Program-made: the position numbers and the translations under genes
IMG/VR virus record: IMGVR_UViG_3300049979_000188
Strand: one strand, 5' to 3'
Length of the DNA stretch: 64,000 nucleotides
From: a virus
Notes under the pieces: generated by a model
What the model was told of the DNA's origin: nothing
What the model saw: only the letters and a program-made list of their open reading frames with translations
The model's database searches: none
Shown here: positions 63,564 to 64,000 of the stretch, in pieces
Position numbering within the stretch: position 1 is the first letter of the stretch
Layout of the letters: the number at the start of each line of letters is the position of its first letter

Positions 63564-63926
63564 ATGTCAGCTACTACCGCCGCCACTGCCGCCACCCCGC
63601 TCACCAACCAGTACGGTGAGGTACTTACCCTGAACCCGGCCCTGCTCGCTACCGTGCAGCAGATACCCGGTATCACCGTGCGCTTGCTCGGTGACTTGCT
63701 GCTGACCGACCTTATCAAGGCTACCCACCACGGCGCGCTGACCAATGCCAGTTCCTACCTAGAAGCCGACGTGCGCAGCCAGCAGTGGAAGACCATCCGC
63801 ACCTGGCTGGCTGCTGGCTCGATGGTGAGCTACTACTACGGCGAGCAGCTCGACGTGCTACTCGTTGACCACCGCCACGGCAAGGGCGGCCAGGCCTACA
63901 AAGGGTACAGCATGCTGAGCGCCTAA
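63564..63926 (+). CDS. Hypothetical cassette protein
   Basis: Start reset to MSATT. Confidence 0.8.
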   Translation: MSATTAATAATPLTNQYGEVLTLNPALLATVQQIPGITVRLLGDLLLTDLIKATHHGALTNASSYLEADVRSQQWKTIRTWLAAGSMVSYYYGEQLDVLLVDHRHGKGGQAYKGYSMLSA

Positions 63927-63936
63927 GCTGCCACAC

Positions 63937-63972
63937 TACGGGAACCTGCGCGAAAGGTTACGCGCAGGTTCC
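63937..63972 (-). promoter_or_regulatory. Leftward GTAACCTTT-CGTA promoter match inside a 12-bp inverted repeat
   Basis: Minus strand GTAAC-CTTTCGCGCAGGTTCC-CGTA; IR arms 63941-63952 and 63961-63972. Confidence 0.5.
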
Positions 63973-64000
63973 ACGTGGAACATAGCCATACCCCTATACC

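Noticed and set aside
27098-63926. CRISPR array interpretation of the regular repeats
   Set aside because: Intervening segments are 100-900 bp intact ORFs, repeats are degenerate and composite, and no cas genes are visible.
27098-63926. Integron with attC sites
   Set aside because: No integrase in the window, no paired RYYYAAC/GTTRRRY ends with extrahelical bases, and every cassette has its own promoter. Shuffling by another route remains open.
1-64000. tRNA, rRNA, csrA, structural, replication or integrase genes
   Set aside because: No cloverleaf or T-loop context, no rRNA-like tract and no recognisable motifs found by reading; they may lie elsewhere in the genome.

Overview
This window looks like the accessory/early-gene part of a very large phage genome or phage-derived element. 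I found no structural, replication, integrase, tRNA or CRISPR features. The host is probably a high-GC Bacteroidota species; this is inferred from TAnnTTTG promoter boxes, the absence of Shine-Dalgarno motifs at start-codon distance and a Bacteroidota-style lipoprotein. The window has two divergent arms that switch at about 22.7 kb. The left arm (about 45 minus-strand genes, mostly in operons) encodes LAGLIDADG and HNH endonucleases, a RelA/SpoT-type HD hydrolase, a CYTH enzyme, two MazG-like domains, a cyclic-phosphate receiver, a STAS-like protein, an XRE regulator and a P22 gp17-like protein. The right arm starts with an ECF-like sigma factor gene (26007-27092). It is followed by 37 kb of about 70 small genes, nearly all built as self-contained cassettes: hairpin terminator, then a GTAAC-N16/17-CGTA promoter (about 65 copies, manual count), then a leader, then the ORF. 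About 48 leaders carry an RNA hairpin with a freely co-varying stem, an invariant AACGGA loop and a near-fixed 21-30 nt distance to the start codon; about 11 carry an AGAAACCAAC leader instead. My main proposal is a phage sigma regulon plus a hairpin-based translational control element on a modular cassette array, with two paralogous 15-16 aa basic micropeptides embedded in it. Protein family calls are from motif recognition only and no database searches were run. All counts are manual.
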